Assembly (NCBI GenBank): GCA_965201155.1
Contig: OZ241752.1
Span: 719,047-783,046, forward strand
From: Alphaproteobacteria bacterium
GTDB lineage: Bacteria > Pseudomonadota > Alphaproteobacteria > UBA7887
Direction of reading: 5' to 3'
DNA: 64,000 nucleotides
Shown piece after piece: positions 28,545-38,805 of the stretch. The notes under the pieces are model-generated. The model was not told the DNA's origin. It searched no databases and saw nothing but the letters and a program-made list of their open reading frames with translations. Numbering within the stretch: position 1 is the stretch's first letter; each line of letters opens with the position of its first letter. The position numbers and the translations under genes were made by a program.

Positions 28545-29690
28545 TCATCGCGCCGCAGAGCGGAACAGGCGCATGAGCGCAACCGCGATGCGCGGACCGA
28601 ACGCATGTTCCAGGCCGCCGCTGAACAGGATGATGAGACCCTGAATCGCTACCACCATGTCACGGTTCACGGACGGCATATCGAACGCCAATTCCGCACC
28701 GCCCTGATACAGCGCACCGAACAACACCGCCGCGAGGAATATTCCCACGGGATGATTCCGCCCCATCAGCGCCACGGCGATGCCGACAAATCCGAATCCG
28801 GCCGTGAAGTCCAGGATCAGCCGGTGATGCACGCCCATGATCTCGTTGAGGCCGACCAGTCCGGCCAGCGCCCCTGAGACGGTCATCGCCAGAAATATAT
28901 TCCGCGCCGGTGAAATACCCGCATATACCGCGGCGGCCGGGTTCTCCCCGACAGCGCGAATTTCATAACCCCAGCGCGTGCGCCAGATCAGGACCCAGAC
29001 CGCTGCCAACGCCGCCAGCGCCACCAGAAATGACAGGTTGAGCGACGATCGCGGGAGGGCGATACCTATCCCTGCCAGGGCCTCATGCATGAAGGGCAGC
29101 CGGGCGGAGGTCGAAAATTCGCGGCTCTGCGGCGCCTGCTGGCCGGGTTCGATCAGCACCTCCACCAGAAGCCAGGTCATCAGCGCCGCAGCGATGAAGT
29201 TGAACATGATGGTGGTGATGACGATATGGCTGCCACGCCGCGCCTGGAGCCATGCCGGAACGGCAGCCCAGGCGGCGCCGAACAGCATCGCCGCCGCCAT
29301 CCCTGTCAGAATAACCAGCGGCGCAGGCCATCCGCCAAGGAACAAACCCGTCAGGCCAACTCCCAGCCCGCCCAGATATGCCTGCCCTTCGCCGCCGATA
29401 TTGAACAGGTTGCAGTGAAAGGCGACCGCAACCGCAAGCCCGGTGAAAATGAAGTTTGTCGCGTAATACAGCGTGAAACCGACAAATTCGAGATTACCGA
29501 ACGCGCCGAGGACAAGCAGACGCAGGGCGAGCAGCGGGTCTTCGCCGATCAACGCGATGATGACCCCGGCGGCAGTGAAGGCGGCGACAAGATTCACTGC
29601 CGGCACAACTATGTGAGCAACCCAGCGCGGAAGAGCCGCGGCCGTCTGGCCGGACGGCACCATGGCTTCAGGCGGCGAGCGGCCGTTCAC
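28545..29690 (-). CDS. ABC transporter permease (BMP/nucleoside family)
   Basis: Polytopic membrane protein adjacent to the ATPase gene. The start may be the internal MVPSGQ. Confidence 0.8.
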   Translation of the reverse strand: MNGRSPPEAMVPSGQTAAALPRWVAHIVVPAVNLVAAFTAAGVIIALIGEDPLLALRLLVLGAFGNLEFVGFTLYYATNFIFTGLAVAVAFHCNLFNIGGEGQAYLGGLGVGLTGLFLGGWPAPLVILTGMAAAMLFGAAWAAVPAWLQARRGSHIVITTIMFNFIAAALMTWLLVEVLIEPGQQAPQSREFSTSARLPFMHEALAGIGIALPRSSLNLSFLVALAALAAVWVLIWRTRWGYEIRAVGENPAAAVYAGISPARNIFLAMTVSGALAGLVGLNEIMGVHHRLILDFTAGFGFVGIAVALMGRNHPVGIFLAAVLFGALYQGGAELAFDMPSVNRDMVVAIQGLIILFSGGLEHAFGPRIAVALMRLFRSAAR

Positions 29691-31206
29691 CGGCCATCAT
29701 GAGTCCCAGATTTCTCTCGGTCGCCTGATGCGGCGTCACTTCACCCATGATTTCGCCGCCGAACATGACCAGAATGCGGTCGGCCAGAACCATGATCTCG
29801 TCGAGCTCCACCGAAACCAGCAGGATTGCGCCGCCCGCATCCCGCATCGCAACCAGGCGCCGGTGAATCTGCTCCACTGCGCCAATATCCACACCGCGCG
29901 TCGGCTGCCCTACCAGCAGCAGGTCGGGACGTGTTTCCAACTCGCGCGCCAGGACCAGTTTTTGCTGATTTCCACCACTGAATGACCGTGCACGTTGCTG
30001 CGGAGCGCGCGGGCGAATATCGTAATTCGCCATTTTCGCCGCAGTGTCGGCGATAATCGCCTCCCGCCGCATCACCGCCCACCCCCCATGCGGGCGCCGG
30101 TTGTGATGGCCGAGCACGACATTCTCCCAGGCACGAAACGCCCCGACCAGCCCCATGCGCTGGCGGTCCTCGGGAACATGGGCGATGCCGCAGTCGCGGC
30201 GTCCGCCCGCCACCCCTGCCCGGTCGGGCAGCGGCTCGCCACGAAAAACCATGCGGCCGGAGTCGGCGCCGCGAATGCCCGCCAGCGCCTCCAGCAACTC
30301 CGACTGCCCATTGCCTGCAACTCCGGCGATGCCGACAATCTCACCCGCGTGCACCGTGAAGCTCACATCCCGGACGCGCATGACGCCGCGTGCATCCGAG
30401 ACATGCAGGTTTTCCACCGCAAGGATCGCCCCGCCGCGCCGCGCCGCCGCCTTGTTCACCCGCGGCAGAACCGGACGCCCCACCATCATTTCCGCAATCG
30501 CCTCGCGCGACACCTCCGCCGTCTGCAGACTGGCCGCCACGCGCCCCCGCCGCATGACGGTCACCGCGTCCGTCAACGCCATGATCTCGTGCAGCTTGTG
30601 TGTGATCAGGATCACCGTCTTGCCGCGCGCGCGCAGCCCGCGCAAGATGCGAAACAAATGGCCGGTTTCCTCGGGCGTCAGCACCCCGGTTGGCTCATCC
30701 AGAATCAATATTTCGGCGCCCCGATACAGGGCTTTCAGGATTTCCACCCGCTGGCGCAGACCGACAGGAAGCTCCTCGACTACCGCGTCCGGGTCGACCT
30801 CCAGCGCGTAGGTGTGTTCGAGACGTTCGAGATGCTCGCGCGCGGCGTCGAGGCCGGCGCGCAGCATGTGCCCGCTCTCTGCCCCCAGCACCAGATTTTC
30901 CAGCACAGTAAAAGGCTCCACCAGCATGAAATGCTGGTGCACCATGCCGACGCCCAGCGCCAGCGCATCCGCAGGACCGCCTATGCGCGCTTGCCGGCCG
31001 TTGATGAATATGGCGCCGGAGTCAGCCTGGTAATAGCCGAACGCGATCCGCATCGCCGTGGACTTGCCGGCGCCGTTTTCGCCCACAATGCCGTGAATCG
31101 TGCCACGCTCGACCGCCAGGGACGCATGGTCGTTGGCATGAACGGGGCCGAACCATTTGTCGATCCCCCGCAATTCGAGCGCGGGCGCCCCGGGGGGCGA
31201 AGCCAT
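29668..31206 (-). CDS. ABC transporter ATP-binding protein with two fused ATPase domains
   Basis: Two Walker A motifs (GENGAGKST and a second P-loop), two ABC signatures and two Walker B motifs, typical of nucleoside/sugar-type ABC ATPases. Confidence 0.9.
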   Translation of the reverse strand: MASPPGAPALELRGIDKWFGPVHANDHASLAVERGTIHGIVGENGAGKSTAMRIAFGYYQADSGAIFINGRQARIGGPADALALGVGMVHQHFMLVEPFTVLENLVLGAESGHMLRAGLDAAREHLERLEHTYALEVDPDAVVEELPVGLRQRVEILKALYRGAEILILDEPTGVLTPEETGHLFRILRGLRARGKTVILITHKLHEIMALTDAVTVMRRGRVAASLQTAEVSREAIAEMMVGRPVLPRVNKAAARRGGAILAVENLHVSDARGVMRVRDVSFTVHAGEIVGIAGVAGNGQSELLEALAGIRGADSGRMVFRGEPLPDRAGVAGGRRDCGIAHVPEDRQRMGLVGAFRAWENVVLGHHNRRPHGGWAVMRREAIIADTAAKMANYDIRPRAPQQRARSFSGGNQQKLVLARELETRPDLLLVGQPTRGVDIGAVEQIHRRLVAMRDAGGAILLVSVELDEIMVLADRILVMFGGEIMGEVTPHQATERNLGLMMAGERPLAA

Positions 31207-31224
31207 GGCAGAATACGCGCCGCT

Positions 31225-32202
31225 TCAGTCCGCCTGATACCCCTGCACGACGATCACCCCAGCGATGATATCCTGGCGCGCGCGTTCGATTTGCGCCTCC
31301 ATGTCGGCGGTGACAAGGCCCTGATTATATTCGTCAAGCGCCCATCCCACGCCGTCTTCGGCAAGACCCAGAATTTGCAGCCCGCTGCTCCAGGTGCCGT
31401 CGCGCGCATCCTTGAAGGCGGTGTATGTGGCGACATCCACGCGCTTGACCATGGACGTCAACATGGTGCCCGGATGGAGATGGTTCTGGTTGGAATCGAC
31501 GCCGATGGCGAGCTTGCCGGCATCCACGGCAGCCTGATACACGCCGGTGCCGGTGCCGCCCGCCGCCGCGTAAATCACATCCGCGCCGCGATCAAACTGG
31601 CTGCGCGCCAGTTCGCCGCCCCTGGCGGGATCGTTCCACGCCGCCGGCGTGGTGCCGGTCATGTTCTGGAAGACCTCGATATCCGGGTCGACATGGCGCG
31701 CGCCCTCCGCATAACCGGCCGCGAAATTGCGGATCAGGGGTATGTCCATGCCGCCGATAAAGCCGATCCTGCCCGTCTGCGACGCCAGTGCGGCCGCCAT
31801 TCCCACCAGGAACGAGCCTTCATGCTCCTTGAATATGATGGAACGCACATTGGGCAGATCCACGACACCGTCGATCAGTGCGAATTTCGTGTCGGGGAAT
31901 TCCCGCGCGGCTTTTTCCACTGCCGATGCTTGCGCAAAGCCCGTCGCCACAACCACCGCAGCGCCGCGCCGCGCCATGTTGCGAACCGCCTGTTCGCGCT
32001 GCGCCGGGCTGACGATCTCGAACTCCCGATAGTCGATCCCGGTCTCGGCACGGAAGCGTTCGGCGCCATCATACGCTGCCTGATTGAATGATTTGTCAAA
32101 TTTGCCGCCCATGTCAAAAATGAGGGCGACACTGAAATCCTCCGCCGACGCCGGATGCGTCACGGCAAGTGCAACGAGGACAAGGGCGATAACGCGGTTC
32201 AT
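31225..32202 (-). CDS. BMP-family (basic membrane protein) ABC substrate-binding protein, probably nucleoside-binding
   Basis: Signal peptide MNRVIALVLVALAVTHPASA followed by a BMP/PnrA-like periplasmic domain. The start is placed at MNRVI rather than the ORF-track upstream ATG. Confidence 0.85.
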   Translation of the reverse strand: MNRVIALVLVALAVTHPASAEDFSVALIFDMGGKFDKSFNQAAYDGAERFRAETGIDYREFEIVSPAQREQAVRNMARRGAAVVVATGFAQASAVEKAAREFPDTKFALIDGVVDLPNVRSIIFKEHEGSFLVGMAAALASQTGRIGFIGGMDIPLIRNFAAGYAEGARHVDPDIEVFQNMTGTTPAAWNDPARGGELARSQFDRGADVIYAAAGGTGTGVYQAAVDAGKLAIGVDSNQNHLHPGTMLTSMVKRVDVATYTAFKDARDGTWSSGLQILGLAEDGVGWALDEYNQGLVTADMEAQIERARQDIIAGVIVVQGYQAD

Positions 32203-32337
32203 GTGACAGCCTCTCCTGTATCGTGGGCGCAAATTGCGACAAAACCTTCCGCTGCGGCAGGCAGCCTGTAATGACAGAATGGCGCTGGCATTGTAAACAC
32301 ACGCCACAGGGCCGGTAACGCCGCAAGGGAGCCGAAG

Positions 32338-33024
32338 ATGGGTGAGTCACAAGGCAGTATGGTCGACATGACGGCGGCCGATGAGCACCGCTTTCAGGCG
32401 TATCACGCCGAAAGCCGGGGCGAACGCGGGCGCCGCGGCGGACTCGTCGTGGTTCAGGAAATTTTCGGAGTCAACGACCATATCCGCGATGTCTGCGACC
32501 GTTTCGCCGGTGCCGGATACGAAGTCTACGCGCCAGCCTTGTTCGATCGCGTGGAGCGTGGAGTCGAACTCGGCTATGACGAAGCAGACATACAGACAGG
32601 GCTGGGCCTGATGCGCCGCGCCGACATGACCCACGCCGTGCTAGATGTGCAAAGCTGTGTCGCATCCCTGCGCGGCGGCGGCGCGGTTGGCGTTGTCGGC
32701 TACTGCTGGGGAGGGCGCGTGACCTGGGTCACGGCCGGCCGCGCCATCGGCGTCGCTGCCGCCGTCTGCTACTATGGCGGCGGCATCCACGAACATCTCG
32801 ACCTCGGTCCGCAATGCCCCGTCATGCTGCATTTCGGACGCGAAGACACAGGTATTCCATTGGAAACCGTGGAGAGCATCCGCACCGCCCATCCCGGCCA
32901 GACCTTCCACCTCTATGACGCCGGGCACGGATTCAACTGCGACCGCCGCGGCTCATGGGACGAAACCTCCGCCGCGGAAGCCTTGTCGCGTACGCTGGCG
33001 TTCTTCGCGGAACATATCGGCTGA
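32338..33024 (+). CDS. dienelactone hydrolase family protein
   Basis: Alpha/beta hydrolase with nucleophile motif GYCWGG and a DLH-family C-terminal His region. Confidence 0.8.
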   Translation: MGESQGSMVDMTAADEHRFQAYHAESRGERGRRGGLVVVQEIFGVNDHIRDVCDRFAGAGYEVYAPALFDRVERGVELGYDEADIQTGLGLMRRADMTHAVLDVQSCVASLRGGGAVGVVGYCWGGRVTWVTAGRAIGVAAAVCYYGGGIHEHLDLGPQCPVMLHFGREDTGIPLETVESIRTAHPGQTFHLYDAGHGFNCDRRGSWDETSAAEALSRTLAFFAEHIG

Positions 33025-33037
33025 AAGGGGCAATATC

Positions 33038-33427
33038 ATGCGACTGTTTCTCGCTCTGGCGGCAATGATTGTCATGTCCGGTGCCTGGTCCGCGGAAACG
33101 CGCGCGGCGGAACTGGAAATCAAAGACATGGTCGAGGGCAGCGGCCCCGCAGCAGCGCCGGGCCACAACGTCACCGTCCATTATGATGGACGCCTCGCCG
33201 ACGGAACCCCGTTCGACAGTTCGCGCAACAGAGGCAGGCCCTTTACCTTCCGGCTGGGCGCCGGCCGCGTCATTCGGGGCTGGGAAATCGGCGTGCAGGG
33301 CATGAGGGCCGGTGGCATACGGCAACTCGTTATCCCGCCCGAACTGGGCTATGGCAGCCGCGACCTCGGTATCATTCCGCCCAACTCCACCCTTGTCTTC
33401 GATATTGAATTGCTGCGTATGGAGTAA
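33038..33427 (+). CDS. FKBP-type peptidyl-prolyl cis-trans isomerase, secreted
   Basis: Signal peptide followed by the FKBP domain (VHYDGRLADGTPFDSS...GWEIGVQGMRAGG...PPELGYG). Confidence 0.85.
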   Translation: MRLFLALAAMIVMSGAWSAETRAAELEIKDMVEGSGPAAAPGHNVTVHYDGRLADGTPFDSSRNRGRPFTFRLGAGRVIRGWEIGVQGMRAGGIRQLVIPPELGYGSRDLGIIPPNSTLVFDIELLRME

Positions 33428-33432
33428 GCGAC

Positions 33433-34329
33433 ATGACAGTCGACAAACACGTCGTCGGCATTATCGGCGGCAGCGGCGTTGACCGCCTTGACGGACTCAC
33501 TGACACGCGCTGGGAAACAGTGGAAACGCCGTGGGGAGCACCGTCGGACCAGATATTGCGCGGCGTTCTCGGCGACCAGCCCATCGCGTTTCTGCCGCGC
33601 CACGGACGCGGCCATCCGGTCTCCCCCTCGGAACTCAATTTCCGCGCCAATATCGACGCCCTGAAACGCCTCGGCTGCCGCGATATCGTCTCCCTGAGCG
33701 CTGTCGGCTCGCTCAAGGAAGAACTCGCGCCCGGAACCTTCGTGCTCGTCGATCAGTTCATCGACCGCACATTCGCCCGCCAGAAAAGTTTCTTCGGCGG
33801 CGGTGTGGTGGCCCATGTGTCGATGGCCCAGCCCGTCTGCGGCCGCATTGGCGGCCATTTGATGCGCGCGGCCGAAACGGCGGATATCCCCATGGTGCGC
33901 GGCGGCACCTATCTGGTGATGGAAGGCCCGCAATTCTCCACCCTGGCGGAATCCGAATTGTATCGGTCCTGGGGATGCGATGTGATCGGCATGACCAACA
34001 TGCCGGAAGCCAAACTCGCGCGCGAAGCAGAGATCTGTTACGCGACGGTCGCCATGGTCACCGATTACGACTGCTGGCACCCGCACCATGACGACGTCAC
34101 CGTTGAAGCGATCATCGGCGTGCTGCTGGCCAATGCGGACAAGGGGCGGCAATTGGTTCAGCATGTGGTCCCGGCCTTGTCGGCCGATACCGCGCCCTGC
34201 GCCCAGGGCTGCTGCCACGCACTCGACAGCGCGCTCATCACCGCACCGGAAAAGCGCCCCGCCGAGCGCCTCGCCATGCTCGACGCCGTCGCCGGGCGTG
34301 TCCTGCCCCCGCAAACCGGTGGCGAGTAG
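33433..34329 (+). CDS. mtnP: S-methyl-5'-thioadenosine phosphorylase
   Basis: PNP/MTAP family. Motifs include GIIGGSG, phosphate-binding HGRGH and VIGMTNMPEAKLAREAEICYA. Confidence 0.9.
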   Translation: MTVDKHVVGIIGGSGVDRLDGLTDTRWETVETPWGAPSDQILRGVLGDQPIAFLPRHGRGHPVSPSELNFRANIDALKRLGCRDIVSLSAVGSLKEELAPGTFVLVDQFIDRTFARQKSFFGGGVVAHVSMAQPVCGRIGGHLMRAAETADIPMVRGGTYLVMEGPQFSTLAESELYRSWGCDVIGMTNMPEAKLAREAEICYATVAMVTDYDCWHPHHDDVTVEAIIGVLLANADKGRQLVQHVVPALSADTAPCAQGCCHALDSALITAPEKRPAERLAMLDAVAGRVLPPQTGGE

Positions 34330-34340
34330 CGCATAGCGGT

Positions 34341-34646
34341 TCAGATCTCCTGGGTCAGTTCGAGGATTTCCCGGCTCCTGGTAACCTTGTCCTGCCAGCA
34401 GCGGTTGAATTCGCCGATCATCCGTTTGAGAGCGTCGGACTCCGCCACTCGCTTGACTTCGCTCAGATTGGCAAATTCATAGAAGGCGATGTGGACATTG
34501 TCCTCGGTCTCACTCCAGCCGCGCGAGGCGCCGGCGGCGGCAAAGGCCTCGACAGCCTCCGGCAGGTGTTTTTCCTGATACCAGGTGTCGAATGCATCCC
34601 GCACGGTGGGGTCTACCTTGGCGCGTACGATCAGGAATGCGGTCAT
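34341..34646 (-). CDS. small hypothetical protein
   Basis: 101-aa ORF with good coding character. No family was recognised. Confidence 0.4.
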   Translation of the reverse strand: MTAFLIVRAKVDPTVRDAFDTWYQEKHLPEAVEAFAAAGASRGWSETEDNVHIAFYEFANLSEVKRVAESDALKRMIGEFNRCWQDKVTRSREILELTQEI

Positions 34647-34661
34647 GAGCCTTTCTCCTTG

Positions 34662-35342
34662 TCAGGACGGGTCCGTCGCGGCGGCGTGGCCGCGATAGAG
34701 CCATGCGAAAAACGCCGTGGCCAACAGGGCGCCGACGATCTGCGCCGCAATGAAGGCAGGAGCGTCGAGCGGGCGAATGCCCGCGAAACTGTCGGTGAAC
34801 GCGCGCGCCACCGTCACCGCCGGGTTCGCGAACGATGTGGACGAGGTGAACCAGTAACCCGCGGTGATGAACAACCCTACCGCCCAGGGCACCGCTTCGG
34901 GCCGGGACCTGAGGCATCCCAGGATTGTCGCCAGCAACCCGAAGGCGGCAACGACCTCGCCTACCCATTGGCCGATACCGGCACGCGGCTTGACCCCCAG
35001 CATGAGCAGCGGCTCGAAAAACATGACATGCGCAAGCATGACGCCAAGCACGGCGCCGCCAGTCTGGGCTGCAATGTACAGAAGGGCGGCAGACGGCGCG
35101 ATTTCCTTTCGCAACGCAAAACTCAGGGTGACCGCGGGATTGAAATGCGCGCCTGAGACGGGGCCGAAAATCAGAATCAGCACGACGAGTATCGCCCCGG
35201 TGGCAAGGGTGTTGCCGAGAAGCGCCAGCGCGTCATTGCCGCCGGCGAGGCGCTCGCCCATGATTCCGGAACCGACCACAACCGCCAGCAGCAGCGCGGT
35301 TCCCAGCGTCTCGGCGGCAAGGCGCCGGCGCAGTGAGGTCAT
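34662..35342 (-). CDS. aqpZ: aquaporin (MIP family)
   Basis: Two NPA motifs (HFNPAVTLSF and FANPAVTVARAF) and six TM segments. The start is placed at MTSLRRR, because the upstream 97 codons of the ORF look non-coding. Confidence 0.85.
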   Translation of the reverse strand: MTSLRRRLAAETLGTALLLAVVVGSGIMGERLAGGNDALALLGNTLATGAILVVLILIFGPVSGAHFNPAVTLSFALRKEIAPSAALLYIAAQTGGAVLGVMLAHVMFFEPLLMLGVKPRAGIGQWVGEVVAAFGLLATILGCLRSRPEAVPWAVGLFITAGYWFTSSTSFANPAVTVARAFTDSFAGIRPLDAPAFIAAQIVGALLATAFFAWLYRGHAAATDPS

Positions 35343-35505
35343 CGGGGCGCCGGCTCGCCGCGCCCCGCAACCGGGGTGGCCTGCGCTGCGGGACAAGCTA
35401 GTATGCGCGCAGCGGCCGAAATGCCGCAAGATATAAAGCGCGGGAAGAAGATCATCTTGCAACCTGTCAACGGAATGATCGAGCAAAACAGAGGGAGACC
35501 GGGCA

Positions 35506-36123
35506 GTGGCGAAATCAGCAGAATTGCCGCGTCTGGATGCCGCGCACCGTGTCGCCGTGCGCGCCTGTCTGGACGACATAAAGGACCTTGTGGCGCGTGA
35601 CGGAGTCAACCGGGAAACGCTGGAGCGGGTCAAGATGCGCCTGGTTGCGCTGTCCCGCCGCCGTGACCTGTTCAGCTATGACCGCTTTCCGGTGATCGAC
35701 GACAATGACGGCAAGCCCAGCAGCATCTATCTCCTTGACGAAGATGAGGACCACTCCAACGCGCTGTTCGCGGTTGCGGAGCATCAGGGCAATATGTCGC
35801 CGCCGCACGATCATACGACATGGGCGGTTCTGGTCGGCATAGAGGGCGAGGAACTCAACAAGTTCTATGTCCGTCTGGACGATGGCAGCGAAGATGGGCG
35901 GGCTGAAATTCGCGAGGACAGCCAGGAGGTTGTAAAGGCGGGGACCGGGGTCGCGCTGATGCCGGACGATATTCATTCGATTCACTGCGTCACCGAAACG
36001 CCGACGCTTATCTTTCATCTTTACGGACGCTCCATCGCGCATCTCCCCGAACGGCGCTTGTTCAACATGCGGAACGGGACGAGTCGCGTATATCCCGCCC
36101 AGCCCTTCATTCATCGCCTTTGA
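35506..36123 (+). CDS. cupin-fold protein of the cysteine dioxygenase type I-like family
   Basis: Cupin motif 1 with HxH...E (SPPHDHTTWAVLVGIEGEE) and a second His-containing motif (HSIHCV). Located next to a rhodanese gene. Confidence 0.6.
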   Translation: MAKSAELPRLDAAHRVAVRACLDDIKDLVARDGVNRETLERVKMRLVALSRRRDLFSYDRFPVIDDNDGKPSSIYLLDEDEDHSNALFAVAEHQGNMSPPHDHTTWAVLVGIEGEELNKFYVRLDDGSEDGRAEIREDSQEVVKAGTGVALMPDDIHSIHCVTETPTLIFHLYGRSIAHLPERRLFNMRNGTSRVYPAQPFIHRL

Positions 36124-37772
36124 GAACGCCCGCCATGACCGCTTTGCTGACGGCGGCGGCGCTCCAAGAGCGGTTGCGCGCGAACACAGGCGAAATCGTG
36201 CTGTTCGATGTGCGCGAGCGCGGCGAGCATGCCCGCGGCCATCCGCTGTATGCCGCCAGCCTGCCCCTGAGCCGCCTGGAACTCGATATCGCGCGGCTGG
36301 CGCCGCGGCAGGGCGTGCCCCTCGTCGTGTTCGACGACGGCCCGCCCGACAACCGGGCAGCGCGCGCCGCTGAGCGGCTGCAGCTGTTCGGCTATGGCGA
36401 CGTCCGCGTGCTCGAAGGCGGCGCCGCAGGCTGGACGGATGCGGGGTTCGAACTGTTCGACGGGGTTCATGTGCCGAGCAAGGCGTTCGGCGAATTGGTG
36501 GAAGAAGCCTGCGGCACGCCTCATATGTCGGCGGACGAACTGGCGGCGCTGCAAGACGGGGGGCGCAGCCTCGTAATCCTCGACAGCCGCCCCTTCGCCG
36601 AATATCAGCGCATGAACATTCCGGGCGGAATCAATGTTCCGGGGGCCGAACTGGTGCGCTGCGTGCACGACATTGCGCCCGACCCGGACACGCTGGTGGT
36701 CGTGAACTGCGCCGGACGGACACGCTCGATCATCGGCGCGCAATCGCTGATCAATGCAGGCGTGCCCAACCCGGTTGCCGCGCTGGAAAACGGCACCATG
36801 GGCTGGACCCTTTCCGGGCGGGTGCTGGAATCGGGCCAGACTCGCAGCGGTGCGGCGCCGTCCGCTGCCGGTGCGGCATGGGCGCAGCACGCGGCGGCGG
36901 AGGTGGCCAGGCGGTTCGGCGTACCGGAGATCGACCGCGCCACCCTGGCGCAATGGCAGTCTGAAGCGGAAGAACGCACGCTTTATCTGTGCGATGTGCG
37001 CAGCGCGGCGGAATATGAAGCGGGACATTTGCCCGGTAGCCGCCACACCCCCGGGGGCCAGCTTGTGCAGGCGACGGAAACCTATGCGCCGGTGCGCGGC
37101 GCTCGCCTGGTGCTGATCGACGATGACGGGGTGCGCGCCACCATGACTGCGTCGTGGCTGATTCAGATGGGCCATGGCGAGGTAAGGGTTCTGGCGGGCG
37201 GCGTGGATGCCGGCGAACAGGAAACCGGCCCCGAACCGCGCCATGTGCCCGGCCTGTCGCCGGCGCGGCGCACCTTCGAGATTGATGTCGGACGGCTGGC
37301 GGGAATGCTGCCCGGCCGCGACATGTTGCTGATGGATTTCGCCGACAGCCGGCGCTATCGGGCGGGGCATATTGCGGGCGCCGTGTGGGGTGTGCGCGCC
37401 CGCATCAGCCGGCTTGCGGAGCGGCTGCCGGAAGCCCCCATGATAATCATCACTTCGCCGGATTCACTGCTGGCGCATCTCGCGGCGCCGGAACTGAGCC
37501 GCCATGTGCGGGCGCCGGTGCGCGTGCTGCGCGGCGGCACCGATGCCTGGGCAGCCGCCGGCCTGCCGCTGGAGGCCGGCGCCGGCACGATGCTCGATGA
37601 GGCGGACGATGTGCATCTGCTGCCTTATGACCATGCGCCCGACCAGGTAGAGGCGGCAATGCGCAACTATCTCGACTGGGAAACAGCGTTGATACCGCGT
37701 ATCGCGCGCGACGGCACGGCGCGGTTTCATATTCCGACCGGCACGGAACACAGCGCCGCCAATGCCGTCTGA
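36120..37772 (+). CDS. multi-domain rhodanese (thiosulfate/3-mercaptopyruvate sulfurtransferase-like) protein
   Basis: Multiple rhodanese modules (about four repeats). At least one catalytic loop carries Cys (VVNCAGRTRS). 550 aa. Confidence 0.8.
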   Translation: MRTPAMTALLTAAALQERLRANTGEIVLFDVRERGEHARGHPLYAASLPLSRLELDIARLAPRQGVPLVVFDDGPPDNRAARAAERLQLFGYGDVRVLEGGAAGWTDAGFELFDGVHVPSKAFGELVEEACGTPHMSADELAALQDGGRSLVILDSRPFAEYQRMNIPGGINVPGAELVRCVHDIAPDPDTLVVVNCAGRTRSIIGAQSLINAGVPNPVAALENGTMGWTLSGRVLESGQTRSGAAPSAAGAAWAQHAAAEVARRFGVPEIDRATLAQWQSEAEERTLYLCDVRSAAEYEAGHLPGSRHTPGGQLVQATETYAPVRGARLVLIDDDGVRATMTASWLIQMGHGEVRVLAGGVDAGEQETGPEPRHVPGLSPARRTFEIDVGRLAGMLPGRDMLLMDFADSRRYRAGHIAGAVWGVRARISRLAERLPEAPMIIITSPDSLLAHLAAPELSRHVRAPVRVLRGGTDAWAAAGLPLEAGAGTMLDEADDVHLLPYDHAPDQVEAAMRNYLDWETALIPRIARDGTARFHIPTGTEHSAANAV

Positions 37773-38679
37773 CGGGCGCCCGGCCGCGGGCTTCGTCGAT
37801 TCGGCAGGGCGGGTTGTTGCAGCAGATGGCCCGCCGCGACGGGTTTTCCCCACCGGCAATGCTGCCGCCGCGGCGGTATGGTGTCTGGCGCCCGAGCGGC
37901 TTGTCGGCTGGCCGGCAGCGCGCCCCGGCACGCGCGGCCCGCTTACCCTGCCGGCCGCGGAAGTGCCCATGATCTCGCTGGCGAATACGCGGACGGCAGC
38001 AGCGGCGGTGCGGGATGCACAGGCAGACCTGGTTCTCGATTTCGGAAATTGCGCGGCGCCGTTCATCGAATTTGCGGACCGGTTGCACCGGCAATCCGGC
38101 GTGCCGGTGGCGGTGGTCAGCGGTCGGCTGGCGGACACCCGTGCGAGCCTCGCGTTGATGGGGCAATTGTTCGGCCTTGCCGGACGCGCGGAGGCGCTGG
38201 CGCGGGAATGGGACAGGGCGGTGTGCGCTGTATCGGCGGCGCTTCCCGCTCCCGGCGCCGGGCCGCGGGTTCATTACGCGATCGGCCCGCGCGGCGAAAA
38301 GACCGCGCGCCGAGACTCGCTCCACGTGGAACTTCTCGACATGGTTCACGCCGTCAATGCGGCGCCGGTGGAGAGCGGCGCCGGCGGGCGGGTGGCGGTG
38401 GACCCGCAGGCGGTGGCAGAAGCGGCGCCGGACCATATCGTGACGATCGACGCCGAATTTCACGCGCGGGCCGCACAGATCGAGCCGTGGGCGAGCATGG
38501 CCGCCGTGCGCGCCGGTAGGGTGCATCTGGCGCCGGCGCCGGTCTTGTCGTGGTTCGACTTTCCGCCGTCATTCAACCGCATCATGGGGCTGCGCTGGCT
38601 GGCGCATGTGCTGTACGGCGCAGGCGCGGGCGGCGACCTCGACCGCGAGGCCCGGCATTTCCATGAGCTGTTCTACGGT

Positions 38680-38709
<30 letters not shown>
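37762..38709 (+). CDS. periplasmic binding protein, probably ABC type 2 (iron-siderophore/cobalamin-like), orphan
   Basis: 315 aa with a PBP-like two-lobe pattern. No cognate permease or ATPase is nearby. The 3' end overlaps tRNA-Arg on the opposite strand by about 30 nt, so the true stop is uncertain. Confidence 0.45.
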
Positions 38710-38756
<47 letters not shown>

Positions 38757-38805
38757 GCGTGCCGCACTCTATCAGGTTGCGCAGAGGGCGGCAAAGCGGG
38801 CGGCG

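Noticed and set aside
34662-35633. The full 323-aa ORF-track call for the aquaporin, which carries a 97-aa N-terminal extension.
   Set aside because: The extension is Ser/Arg-rich and non-membrane. The MIP family begins at MTSLRRR with TM1, so the start was moved to 35342.
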